DNA of 63,814 nt, counting the filler, from Lama guanicoe (taxonomy: Eukaryota), in assembly GCA_013239625.1 (NCBI GenBank). It is 195 parts of 195 records of this genome, joined end to end, with 100 filler letters (N's around TTAATTAATTAA, not from the genome) between each part and the next. Parts side by side here need not be neighbours in the genome. Positions count along the whole stretch, not along the records: positions 1 to 227 come from PNXV01042859.1; positions 328 to 554 come from PNXV01042860.1; positions 655 to 881 come from PNXV01042861.1; positions 982 to 1,208 come from PNXV01042862.1; positions 1,309 to 1,535 come from PNXV01042863.1; positions 1,636 to 1,862 come from PNXV01042864.1; positions 1,963 to 2,189 come from PNXV01042865.1; positions 2,290 to 2,516 come from PNXV01042866.1; 187 more parts are not named here. One strand, written 5' to 3'. The translations under genes and the position numbers were made by a program. The notes beneath the pieces are model-generated. The model did no database searches, was not told the DNA's origin, and saw nothing but the letters and a program-made list of their open reading frames with translations. Within the stretch, counting starts at the first letter, position 1, and every line of letters starts with the position of its first letter. Of this stretch, positions 1 through 9,710 are shown piece after piece.

Positions 1-227
1 GAATTTTCAGCCCTCTTCCTGGGGGCTCGCCCAGTGATGGCCTCGTAAATCCTGATCTGCGGTGTCCATGGACACAAGACAGGGTTAGTCGAGCAGATCT
101 CGCGCAGGGCTGGTGGCAGCGGAGTTCCCGAAAGGGGAGCATGGGGCTTTGCTCTGATCAGTGGCTCTTCCTCCGTGACTGTGTGCAGGCAGGCAACGTG
201 CTGAGTCCACTGTTGGTGCATTTAGGG

Positions 228-327
228 NNNNNNNNNNNNNNNNNNNNNNNNNNNNNNNNNNNNNNNNNNNNTTAATTAATTAANNNNNNNNNNNNNNNNN
301 NNNNNNNNNNNNNNNNNNNNNNNNNNN
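228..327. other. Synthetic contig linker N44-TTAATTAATTAA-N44 (first of 194 identical copies through 63586)
   Basis: Identical 100-bp unit after every 227/228-bp island. The palindromic TTAATTAATTAA contains TAA in all three frames on both strands, and the flanking islands are unrelated. Confidence 0.99.
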
Positions 328-1308
328 AGTACTCAAATTTTCCTACATCCTCAGTGAAACTCATTCTGTTGAGAGTCTTCATTTCATTGTGTACATGTGT
401 GAATATATAAGCAGATATAAATTCAACACAGAAAAAATTGATCCATCGACATTATTTATTGGAAATCAGCTTTAATGTGTGCCACTTCATCTCGATGTCA
501 TCGTATGCTAGGAAACTGACAATGATGTTTAAGCTTGAGGAGATGGGAAAAAAANNNNNNNNNNNNNNNNNNNNNNNNNNNNNNNNNNNNNNNNNNNNTT
601 AATTAATTAANNNNNNNNNNNNNNNNNNNNNNNNNNNNNNNNNNNNNNNNNNNNCCAGCCTCCCACCCCTACCTGGGTGTGGACAGAGAGGAGCAGGGCT
701 CTGCCCCAACTCGGGAGGATGCGGGAGCACTGCCTTGGGGGTGCGGGTGGCGAGTTTATGGTCAGGGCCAGCAGAGGTGCTGTAAGGTGGGGTCTGAGAG
801 GATCTACAGAAAGCCTCAAAATTGCTCCTTATCCCAACTTTTAACTGCTGCTTGGAACCTCCCCTGCCCTTACCTTTACAGNNNNNNNNNNNNNNNNNNN
901 NNNNNNNNNNNNNNNNNNNNNNNNNTTAATTAATTAANNNNNNNNNNNNNNNNNNNNNNNNNNNNNNNNNNNNNNNNNNNNGCTGTGGGCACGTGCTGGC
1001 CGGCCATCATTTCATCTGGGAGTGAGAGCAGCTGTGTAGACCAGGCTTCCCCGGAAGGTCAGTTTTAAACCGGCCCCCAGTGATTCTGTTGGATTTGATT
1101 TCTGTTTTCCTTGGAGACAGTGTGGTGGGAGGGAGTGGGCAGGGCTGTCTGTGTCCTCGCCACTGGTGGGCTTTCTGGGGGCCCTGAGCTGGTGTCTGAG
1201 GTAGTGAGNNNNNNNNNNNNNNNNNNNNNNNNNNNNNNNNNNNNNNNNNNNNTTAATTAATTAANNNNNNNNNNNNNNNNNNNNNNNNNNNNNNNNNNNN
1301 NNNNNNNN

Positions 1309-1363
1309 TCAAGATATTGTGTATGCTAAGTATGCGCTCTCCCACTGAGCTATCCCCGTCCCC
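1309..1363 (-). mobile_element. 5' part of a camelid tRNA-derived SINE (Vic-1-like)
   Basis: Reverse complement reads GGGACGGGGATAGCTCAGTGGGAGAGCGCATACTTAGCATACAC, with a tRNA-like A-box (TAGCTCAGTGG). Same family as 3925-4045. Confidence 0.7.
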
Positions 1364-1389
1364 CTTTTTTGAATGTAATCTTTTCCTTT

Positions 1390-1535
1390 TTTTTAATGGC
1401 GGCCATCCTAATGGATGTGAGGTGTGCTCTCACTGTAGTTTTGACTTGCATTTCCTTAATTATCAGTGATGGTGAACATCTTTTCATTGGCCAATTATAT
1501 ATCTTCTTTGAAGAAGTGACTATTCAATCCTTTGG
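1390..1535 (-). mobile_element. LINE-1 ORF2 fragment
   Basis: GCCATCCTAATGGATGTGAGGTG...TTGCATTTCCTTAAT...GATGGTGAACATCTTTTCAT is the antisense of the L1 ORF2 '[10 protein letters not shown]' region. Confidence 0.85.
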
Positions 1536-2291
1536 NNNNNNNNNNNNNNNNNNNNNNNNNNNNNNNNNNNNNNNNNNNNTTAATTAATTAANNNNNNNNN
1601 NNNNNNNNNNNNNNNNNNNNNNNNNNNNNNNNNNNCCCCCCCCACCATGGATACTCCATGGTTGGACCTCCCTGCCAGCTGCTGAGTGCTCACAGAGCTG
1701 TCACACATACCTATCTGCTGGACTGGGTTTTCTTCAAGTTCTTGGAGACTGGTCTGCCTCCCACCTTCCAGCTACTCCACCTACCCACCCCAGACCCCTT
1801 TCTGAATCAGCCCCACCCACTTAGAAGCAACATGTGAGCACTACTGGTATTCAGGGAAGGAANNNNNNNNNNNNNNNNNNNNNNNNNNNNNNNNNNNNNN
1901 NNNNNNTTAATTAATTAANNNNNNNNNNNNNNNNNNNNNNNNNNNNNNNNNNNNNNNNNNNNGACTAGGATAGAGGACTTTCTACTGCCCCACACTGCCC
2001 CATGGTTAAGACTTACCATTGGGCACAGCATCAGTAATCCTGCAATTAAAGATAAAATTGCTATCTATGACACAGACATGCAAGGCTTATATTGGTCTGG
2101 GCTCTGCCTGTCTATCACCATCACCTCCCACAGTTCCATGGTGTGAACCCTTGTTCTTTATATCTATCTCCCAGAAAGCACTCAGTATGNNNNNNNNNNN
2201 NNNNNNNNNNNNNNNNNNNNNNNNNNNNNNNNNTTAATTAATTAANNNNNNNNNNNNNNNNNNNNNNNNNNNNNNNNNNNNNNNNNNNNCA

Positions 2292-2516
2292 GTGCTTAAT
2301 GGAAGATTTAAATTCTTAGACTTATGGAATAAATTTTTCTTGGAACATCATAAACAATCAATACCAAAAGATACTTGGAATCTTCTTTCAGACTTCAGTA
2401 CAATGACTGCAGGTGACATGTCGAATTATGATGAAGAAGGAGCATGGCCTGTTCTTACTGATGACTCTGTGGAATTTGCACGCCCTCAAATTGCTGGGAC
2501 AAAAAGTACAACAGTG
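2292..2516 (+). pseudogene. DCUN1D1: DCUN1D1 (DCN1-like NEDD8 E3) processed retrocopy, C-terminal 75 codons
   Basis: [75 protein letters not shown] matches the DCUN1D1 C-terminus. It is intronless across two recalled exon junctions and has about 7 changes from the recalled human protein. Confidence 0.9.
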
Positions 2517-2943
2517 NNNNNNNNNNNNNNNNNNNNNNNNNNNNNNNNNNNNNNNNNNNNTTAATTAATTAANNNNNNNNNNNNNNNNNNNNNNNNNNNN
2601 NNNNNNNNNNNNNNNNCTGAAGAAATTGTGACTCGTCGACTGTCATTTGATGATTAAAAAAACTTATCAGTTTGAAAAGTAGAAATGTTTTTTAGAAGTC
2701 TGGTAAACAAAACCGAAGTCTCGATATACCATAATATGCTTTATACAATAAACAGGAAAGTGGAAAATGGTTTGTTTGTGTTTCCATTTCTACAGGGTAA
2801 AAAGATAATTTTCAATACCTGTATCAAGGAACAAAGATCATTTNNNNNNNNNNNNNNNNNNNNNNNNNNNNNNNNNNNNNNNNNNNNTTAATTAATTAAN
2901 NNNNNNNNNNNNNNNNNNNNNNNNNNNNNNNNNNNNNNNNNNN

Positions 2944-3170
2944 TGTATAAAGAATTTATAAAAAGGAATGCAGAACACAGAATTTAGGAAATAGTATAAA
3001 GAATAATGAACATAGAAATTAGAATATATATTGAATAACACAGAATATAGATTATAGACTACGGAATGGAGAATACAGAAGGTACAAGTAATAATGAAGA
3101 ACACAAAATATAGAATATAAAGTAGAGAATATAGAACCCAGAATTTAGAAATGGAATGCAGAACATAGAA
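2944..3170 (+). repeat. Degenerate 7-bp satellite (GAATRYA)n
   Basis: Units such as gaatgca gaacaca gaattta ... gaatata gaaccca gaattta span the whole contig. Confidence 0.9.
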
Positions 3171-3924
3171 NNNNNNNNNNNNNNNNNNNNNNNNNNNNNN
3201 NNNNNNNNNNNNNNTTAATTAATTAANNNNNNNNNNNNNNNNNNNNNNNNNNNNNNNNNNNNNNNNNNNNGGACATGGGAGGTAACCCAGGTGTCCACGG
3301 AGCAAGAACAGGAGACCCACGGAGCAGGCAGGGGGCATGGGTTGAAGAGGTGGGGTGAGCCCTGAGTATCTGGTCGTGATACGAAACCAACATGGTAGCC
3401 GCTTAGTGGAAGACTGCACTCAACAGATTTGTTACAAATCCTAGCCATTGTATGTAAAGATACATTTAGAAATATTTTTTAAAGTTTCTCCTGTATTNNN
3501 NNNNNNNNNNNNNNNNNNNNNNNNNNNNNNNNNNNNNNNNNTTAATTAATTAANNNNNNNNNNNNNNNNNNNNNNNNNNNNNNNNNNNNNNNNNNNNTTT
3601 TTGCAGATTGGTGGATAGGAACCAAGTACATAGAGCAACTGATTCAGAGTTTAAACTACAAATACTTTGGTTTTCTGAGTTACAGTTTAATTGCATTCCA
3701 AGTATATGTTCAGAATACAGTAACACTAATCTAAAACATGTTAATACAAGTTTTAAAAGTTAGGATTTATAAAATCAATAGCTATTAAATTTTCCATAGC
3801 ATTAAACTACATTTTTCCTTAATTNNNNNNNNNNNNNNNNNNNNNNNNNNNNNNNNNNNNNNNNNNNNTTAATTAATTAANNNNNNNNNNNNNNNNNNNN
3901 NNNNNNNNNNNNNNNNNNNNNNNN

Positions 3925-4045
3925 TTTTAAGGATTAGATTTATTCATTTATTTCTGCTTAGGAGAAGTACTGGGGATTGGACCCAGGACATTGTGTATGT
4001 TGAGCATGCTCTCTACCGCTTGCGCTATACAACCCCCCTCCCCCC
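3925..4045 (-). mobile_element. Camelid tRNA-derived SINE (Vic-1-like), near full length
   Basis: Reverse complement: G-rich start, GTATAGCGCAAGCGGTAGAGAGCATGCTCAACATACACAATGTCCTGGGTCCAATCCCCAGTACTTCTCC, then an A-rich tail. Contains degenerate Pol III A and B boxes. Confidence 0.8.
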
Positions 4046-6540
4046 AAATCCACTTCTGCCTCCACGTCTCTGCTTCTGCTCTTCTCTGACCTTGATTGCC
4101 CATCCTTACCTGTCAATAGCAACAATCCTGTAAGACTCATCTTAAACACCTNNNNNNNNNNNNNNNNNNNNNNNNNNNNNNNNNNNNNNNNNNNNTTAAT
4201 TAATTAANNNNNNNNNNNNNNNNNNNNNNNNNNNNNNNNNNNNNNNNNNNNTTGCCAATAACCTAGTAGTGTTCTGTGGAGATTAAATAAACATCATGTA
4301 TGAAAATACATATATAAGATCCCACATACTTAGGTTTTCACGCCTCAGTTTCTCTGCTATGAAACATTTAGACACATACGTATGAGTTGAAATTAACTAA
4401 TTATTTGAATGTAAGGGAATAGATCTTCGATGACGTTTACCCTTCCAAGCATCTCATTATTTATATAATTTATGATCTNNNNNNNNNNNNNNNNNNNNNN
4501 NNNNNNNNNNNNNNNNNNNNNNTTAATTAATTAANNNNNNNNNNNNNNNNNNNNNNNNNNNNNNNNNNNNNNNNNNNNCTTAACCTTTCTAAGCCTCGGG
4601 TTTCATATCGGTTACTCTTGCAACATCATCTGTGCTGACACTGGAATGGAGTTGTAAGATCAAATCATGGCCCACAGGAAGGTGTCTGACCCCTGGAGAT
4701 AAGGTCATCAAGTATGTCATCATTATTAATTTTTCTAGTAGGGAGCTCTCTTTCCATCAGTTGAGGAATATTGATTTTCCAATACCTTAAGTATTTCCAA
4801 TACTTNNNNNNNNNNNNNNNNNNNNNNNNNNNNNNNNNNNNNNNNNNNNTTAATTAATTAANNNNNNNNNNNNNNNNNNNNNNNNNNNNNNNNNNNNNNN
4901 NNNNNAAATTTTCTTAAAAACTATTTGACCCAGTAGTTTCTGATCCATTCCCAGTGGTAAAAGGTGTAGACCAGGCAGGTGCTCCCCTCCCCGTGAGGCA
5001 CCAGCCAAGACTGAGCAGGAACCCCACCAGCACCTGATGGCCCAGAGAAGCTTTCTCAGTCCAGATGGCCAGGCGCCGCTCACCTCCCACCCAGTGATGC
5101 AGGGAGGCCAGGGAAGTGCCTTCCGTCCCCACNNNNNNNNNNNNNNNNNNNNNNNNNNNNNNNNNNNNNNNNNNNNTTAATTAATTAANNNNNNNNNNNN
5201 NNNNNNNNNNNNNNNNNNNNNNNNNNNNNNNNATCTAAATGATTGATTTCTTGTTTTTAATTTCCCCTGGTCGCCTACACATCCAGCACTAAGTGCCTTC
5301 TGAAAGTACTACTTCCTGCAGGCTAGTGTCCTGAACAGAAATCTACAATGTTTAAGCTTAGATTCGTCAAGGGGCCATTTAAGTATTTCTACATGGAGGT
5401 CCTTTTTTGCTAATCCAAGCTTACTCCTTGCTCCATACTCCTCAGCAACACACACACACNNNNNNNNNNNNNNNNNNNNNNNNNNNNNNNNNNNNNNNNN
5501 NNNTTAATTAATTAANNNNNNNNNNNNNNNNNNNNNNNNNNNNNNNNNNNNNNNNNNNNGACCGGACCTGAACCATGCTGAACAGAAGAGTAGTATGACT
5601 CTACTTCAGTTTAGTTCCTGTCCTCTTCTGAGCTTCCGCTTTGCCTCTCCCATTTCACTCTTTTTTTTCCCCCAAAAAGACTTCATCGCTTTTAAGTTAA
5701 TGAAGACATGCTTCAATTCAATAACTGTGCTGAGCATCTACCAAATGCCAAACACTGCACTCTGCTTTGGAGCTGTCATGGGAAAANNNNNNNNNNNNNN
5801 NNNNNNNNNNNNNNNNNNNNNNNNNNNNNNTTAATTAATTAANNNNNNNNNNNNNNNNNNNNNNNNNNNNNNNNNNNNNNNNNNNNCTGAAAGAATAATA
5901 AAATAAGATGAGAGAAGGAGCCATGGAGGAGTCTAATATGAATTTCACAGGGCACAGTTTTATAGAATATCAATCCTACTTGGCCCTGCAATTAACCACA
6001 AAATTAAACACATCTGGGGGGAAAATTTCTGTAACATGCTTGAGCCCTAGACGGCAACTAGTATTTTTTTTTCCAACAAAATGTAATAGCAAAACTTCTA
6101 AATCAATAAAAGANNNNNNNNNNNNNNNNNNNNNNNNNNNNNNNNNNNNNNNNNNNNTTAATTAATTAANNNNNNNNNNNNNNNNNNNNNNNNNNNNNNN
6201 NNNNNNNNNNNNNATTGTGTTGTTTTCAACCCAAATATGGAACGTTCAATAACGCTCTGAAGGCGCAAGCCTGAACTGGTAAACACAGAATCTCACAACC
6301 TATCTATCCCAGGTCTTAGCAAATACCTTGGTGGAGCGAGAGAGAGGCAGTGGTGTCTAACCCTCATCTGAATTTGCAATTAAGACTTCGAAGCGGCAGG
6401 TATCTGTACACAGTTCTGCTCTCTTAATTCTAAAGGGCTGNNNNNNNNNNNNNNNNNNNNNNNNNNNNNNNNNNNNNNNNNNNNTTAATTAATTAANNNN
6501 NNNNNNNNNNNNNNNNNNNNNNNNNNNNNNNNNNNNNNNN

Positions 6541-6767
6541 AAATTGCACAAGCAGGAGGCTCAGAAGCCCCTGGCACGTCCACTGAATGCTCCGTCTGTC
6601 ACCACTCCTTCAACCAACCCCCACGGCCCTACCGGATAATCCTAATGACCGGTTTACAGAGGAAGAGATGATTCAGCCCTGGGTCACAGATGTTTCTGTG
6701 TGATACGCAGCCGCCAGCCTCAAGTGACCGTTGTGCTTCAGTCCTACTCACTAACGCCCCCGAGAGG
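6541..6767 (+). mobile_element. ERV-L pol relic (tether / RNase H start)
   Basis: KLHKQEAQKP followed, after a frameshift, by PNDRFTEEEMIQPWVTDVSV*YAAASLK*. This resembles ERV-L KLHEEVAQMP...PYDQLTEEEKTRAWFTDGSARYAGTTRKW. Confidence 0.8.
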
Positions 6768-7194
6768 NNNNNNNNNNNNNNNNNNNNNNNNNNNNNNNNN
6801 NNNNNNNNNNNTTAATTAATTAANNNNNNNNNNNNNNNNNNNNNNNNNNNNNNNNNNNNNNNNNNNNTTAACTCTTCTCTGTAGGCAGACAATTTTCAAT
6901 TAAGTAAACTGCTAAGAAACCTAGTAAATTGGTAATAACTTTATTAAATTGAATATATTTTTAATTTAAAATTTCATTTATAAATTTTATCTTAAATATG
7001 TTCATATTCAAAGATACCATCTTTTTCCCCCCTCAGTCAAAGTTAATTTACTTGACAGACTTATTTTAAGAAACTTGTCAACTAAGTTGTCCTTNNNNNN
7101 NNNNNNNNNNNNNNNNNNNNNNNNNNNNNNNNNNNNNNTTAATTAATTAANNNNNNNNNNNNNNNNNNNNNNNNNNNNNNNNNNNNNNNNNNNN

Positions 7195-7350
7195 GGAGGA
7201 GAAGAAGGAGAAGGAGAAGAAGGAGAAGAAGGAGAAGAAGAAGGAAGAAGAAGGAAGAAGTAAGAAGGAAGAAGAGGAAGAAGGAAGGAGAAGGAAGGAG
7301 AAGGAGAAGAAGAAGAAGTTGAAGTTGTTACTGTTACTGTTACTGTTATT
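7195..7350 (+). repeat. (GAA/GGA)n purine-rich microsatellite grading into (GTTACT)n
   Basis: Seen directly in the sequence. Confidence 0.95.
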
Positions 7351-7619
7351 GGTAGAAAGGATAGCAAACTATGAGGCTGGGTCAATAAAAACAAATTTGA
7401 GGAGGGGGCTAGAAAATAGAANNNNNNNNNNNNNNNNNNNNNNNNNNNNNNNNNNNNNNNNNNNNTTAATTAATTAANNNNNNNNNNNNNNNNNNNNNNN
7501 NNNNNNNNNNNNNNNNNNNNNTGCCCCCTCCCTTCCCCAGGTCTGGCCCTTCCCTGGAGTCCCGGCGCGGGCTCCAAGCGGGTCCCCCAGCCCGCGCCGC
7601 GCCCCCGGCGCGCACTCAC

Positions 7620-7686
7620 CGCGAGCGGGCAGCAGGGTGCCGAGCAGGCCGACCAGCAGCAGCGCGCAGACAGCCCGGCGAGCCAT
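7620..7686 (-). CDS. CD99: CD99 first coding exon (signal peptide)
   Basis: Kozak GGGGCGCACCATGG, then MARRAVCALLLVGLLGTLLPAR (22 codons + 1 nt) ending at donor G|GTGAGT. Human CD99 begins MARGAALALLLFGLLGVLVAAP with the same recalled 67-nt phase-1 exon. Lies in a CpG island. Confidence 0.8.
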
Positions 7687-7848
7687 GGTGCGCCCCGCGC
7701 CGCGCAGGGACCGTCCCGGGAGCGGCGCGCGCGGGCGGCTGGCGGCGGNNNNNNNNNNNNNNNNNNNNNNNNNNNNNNNNNNNNNNNNNNNNTTAATTAA
7801 TTAANNNNNNNNNNNNNNNNNNNNNNNNNNNNNNNNNNNNNNNNNNNN

Positions 7849-8075
7849 CTCGGAAAGCCCAAGGAGGCCAAGCCCAAGATCCCAAAGGGCAGCAGCCGCA
7901 AGCTCAGTCCACTTGCCTGCATTGCTCACCCCAAGCTCGGGAAACGTGCTCGTGCCTGCATCGCCAAGGGTCTCAGGCTCTGTTGGACAAAGGCCAAGGA
8001 CAAGGCTCAGACCAAGGCCACAGCTGCAGCTCCGGCTCAGTCTCCCAAAGGCACCCAGGCCCCCACAAAGGCTCC
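7849..8075 (+). pseudogene. RPL29: RPL29 C-terminal fragment, probably a processed pseudogene
   Basis: Frame from 7849 (absent from the ORF track): [75 protein letters not shown]. Recalled RPL29: [48 protein letters not shown]. Shows R>C and R>W changes typical of CpG decay. Confidence 0.9.
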
Positions 8076-9483
8076 NNNNNNNNNNNNNNNNNNNNNNNNN
8101 NNNNNNNNNNNNNNNNNNNTTAATTAATTAANNNNNNNNNNNNNNNNNNNNNNNNNNNNNNNNNNNNNNNNNNNNATTTTTCTGTTCTCTATGTCCTTAA
8201 TTTTGGCTTTAACTTTAGAATTTCTCTCCTTTATTGTGGTTTAGTTTGTTCTTTTTCTAGTTTTTATATTGAGAAAATAATTGACTTGTTTCATTTTTAT
8301 TGATAAATATGTTTTGTGAAATGATTTTGTCTGACCACTGCTTTAAAATGTATCCTTAGACATAGTCAGTGCTTCATGGTTTCCTTTTAAAAATTATACT
8401 TTNNNNNNNNNNNNNNNNNNNNNNNNNNNNNNNNNNNNNNNNNNNNTTAATTAATTAANNNNNNNNNNNNNNNNNNNNNNNNNNNNNNNNNNNNNNNNNN
8501 NNTTGCTCCCGAAGCCCTCGGATAGTCCCCTTTCCTCCACACTGAGACCCACCACGTCGCGTGAGTCCAGTCTGGAGGAGCAGTTCCGCGTTCCCTCGTT
8601 AGCTCGTGTGCCCAGAAAGCGCTGACACTTGCTGGAGTTGCAGCTTCCAAGGGCTTGGCGCCGAGCCTGGAACGTGTGCGTGCGGTTGTGGAAGCCTGCC
8701 CAGCTTTGCCCGTTCAGCGGTTGGCAGTGNNNNNNNNNNNNNNNNNNNNNNNNNNNNNNNNNNNNNNNNNNNNTTAATTAATTAANNNNNNNNNNNNNNN
8801 NNNNNNNNNNNNNNNNNNNNNNNNNNNNNGCAGAAAGATGCTTGGAGAACATCGATGCCCCCTGCAATGGGGGCGTGGTCAGGTCCAGAGGCCGCAGGTC
8901 ACCACCATGCAGGCCCTGAAGGAGAGTAGAGCTTAGCAGGGAAGCACAAGAGCCAAGTGGAGGCTGGTGGTGCCCTGTACCAGGACAAAGCGCAGGCTGG
9001 CTGCGGTTGCAGGCCAGAGCCTGGGACGAGGTCCTCCACCAGCATCCAGCAGATCANNNNNNNNNNNNNNNNNNNNNNNNNNNNNNNNNNNNNNNNNNNN
9101 TTAATTAATTAANNNNNNNNNNNNNNNNNNNNNNNNNNNNNNNNNNNNNNNNNNNNAGAGACTCAGCAGGCAGCTTTAACATATGTGCTGCTTCTGCTTG
9201 GTCTCCGTTTTCCTGAAGCAAATTGTCAAACTTCACCTTCAGCTAAAACCTTTGAGAAAATCTAGGCTCTGGTGTGTGAAGCCTGGATTGTGAGGGAGGA
9301 GAGTTCTGCCTTGAAAAACCACAAATGCAGTTTCCTGCACTACTTCCTTCTAGTGAAGCAAGTGTCATTACAGGTATTTGGATNNNNNNNNNNNNNNNNN
9401 NNNNNNNNNNNNNNNNNNNNNNNNNNNTTAATTAATTAANNNNNNNNNNNNNNNNNNNNNNNNNNNNNNNNNNNNNNNNNNNN

Positions 9484-9710
9484 ACTCCCCTGGGACTGTC
9501 AACCAGGCACTTACAAGTGCTCCATGCAGCCCTGGAGTTTCACAGCATGGCTGCTGCTGTGAGGACTATGTCCTGAGGGGGAGCATCTAGAGAGCCAGGT
9601 TTCCAACAGAGCCGATGGAAACTATGCCTTCTGGGACCTCACCTTGAAAGTCACATAGCATTGCTTCCTCTGTAATCTGTAGGTCAAAGCACTCACAAGC
9701 TTACCCAAAT
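9484..9710. mobile_element. MaLR (MLT1-family) LTR fragment
   Basis: TCACAGCATGGCTGCTG...GACCTCACCTTGAAAGTCACATAGCATTGCTTCCTCTG...GTCAAAGCACTCACAAG resembles old MLT1 LTRs. Confidence 0.7.

Noticed and set aside
2892..3104. Hydrophobic Tyr/Ile/Phe-rich ORFs (also 20238-20429 and 55451-55666) that look like a membrane-peptide family
   Set aside because: They are translations of the T-rich strand of the heptamer satellite.
3961..4035. tRNA gene
   Set aside because: The boxes are degenerate and there is an A-rich tail, so it is a tRNA-derived SINE rather than an intact cloverleaf.
6231..6240. CArG box CCAAATATGG
   Set aside because: An isolated 10-mer that is expected by chance in this much sequence.
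7143..7394. Ser/Pro/Thr-rich mucin-like ORF
   Set aside because: It is a translation of a GAA/GGA microsatellite.
7522..8075. Apparent neighbourhood of CD99 and RPL29 (and any other adjacent features)
   Set aside because: Adjacency reflects only the length-sorted order of the contigs.
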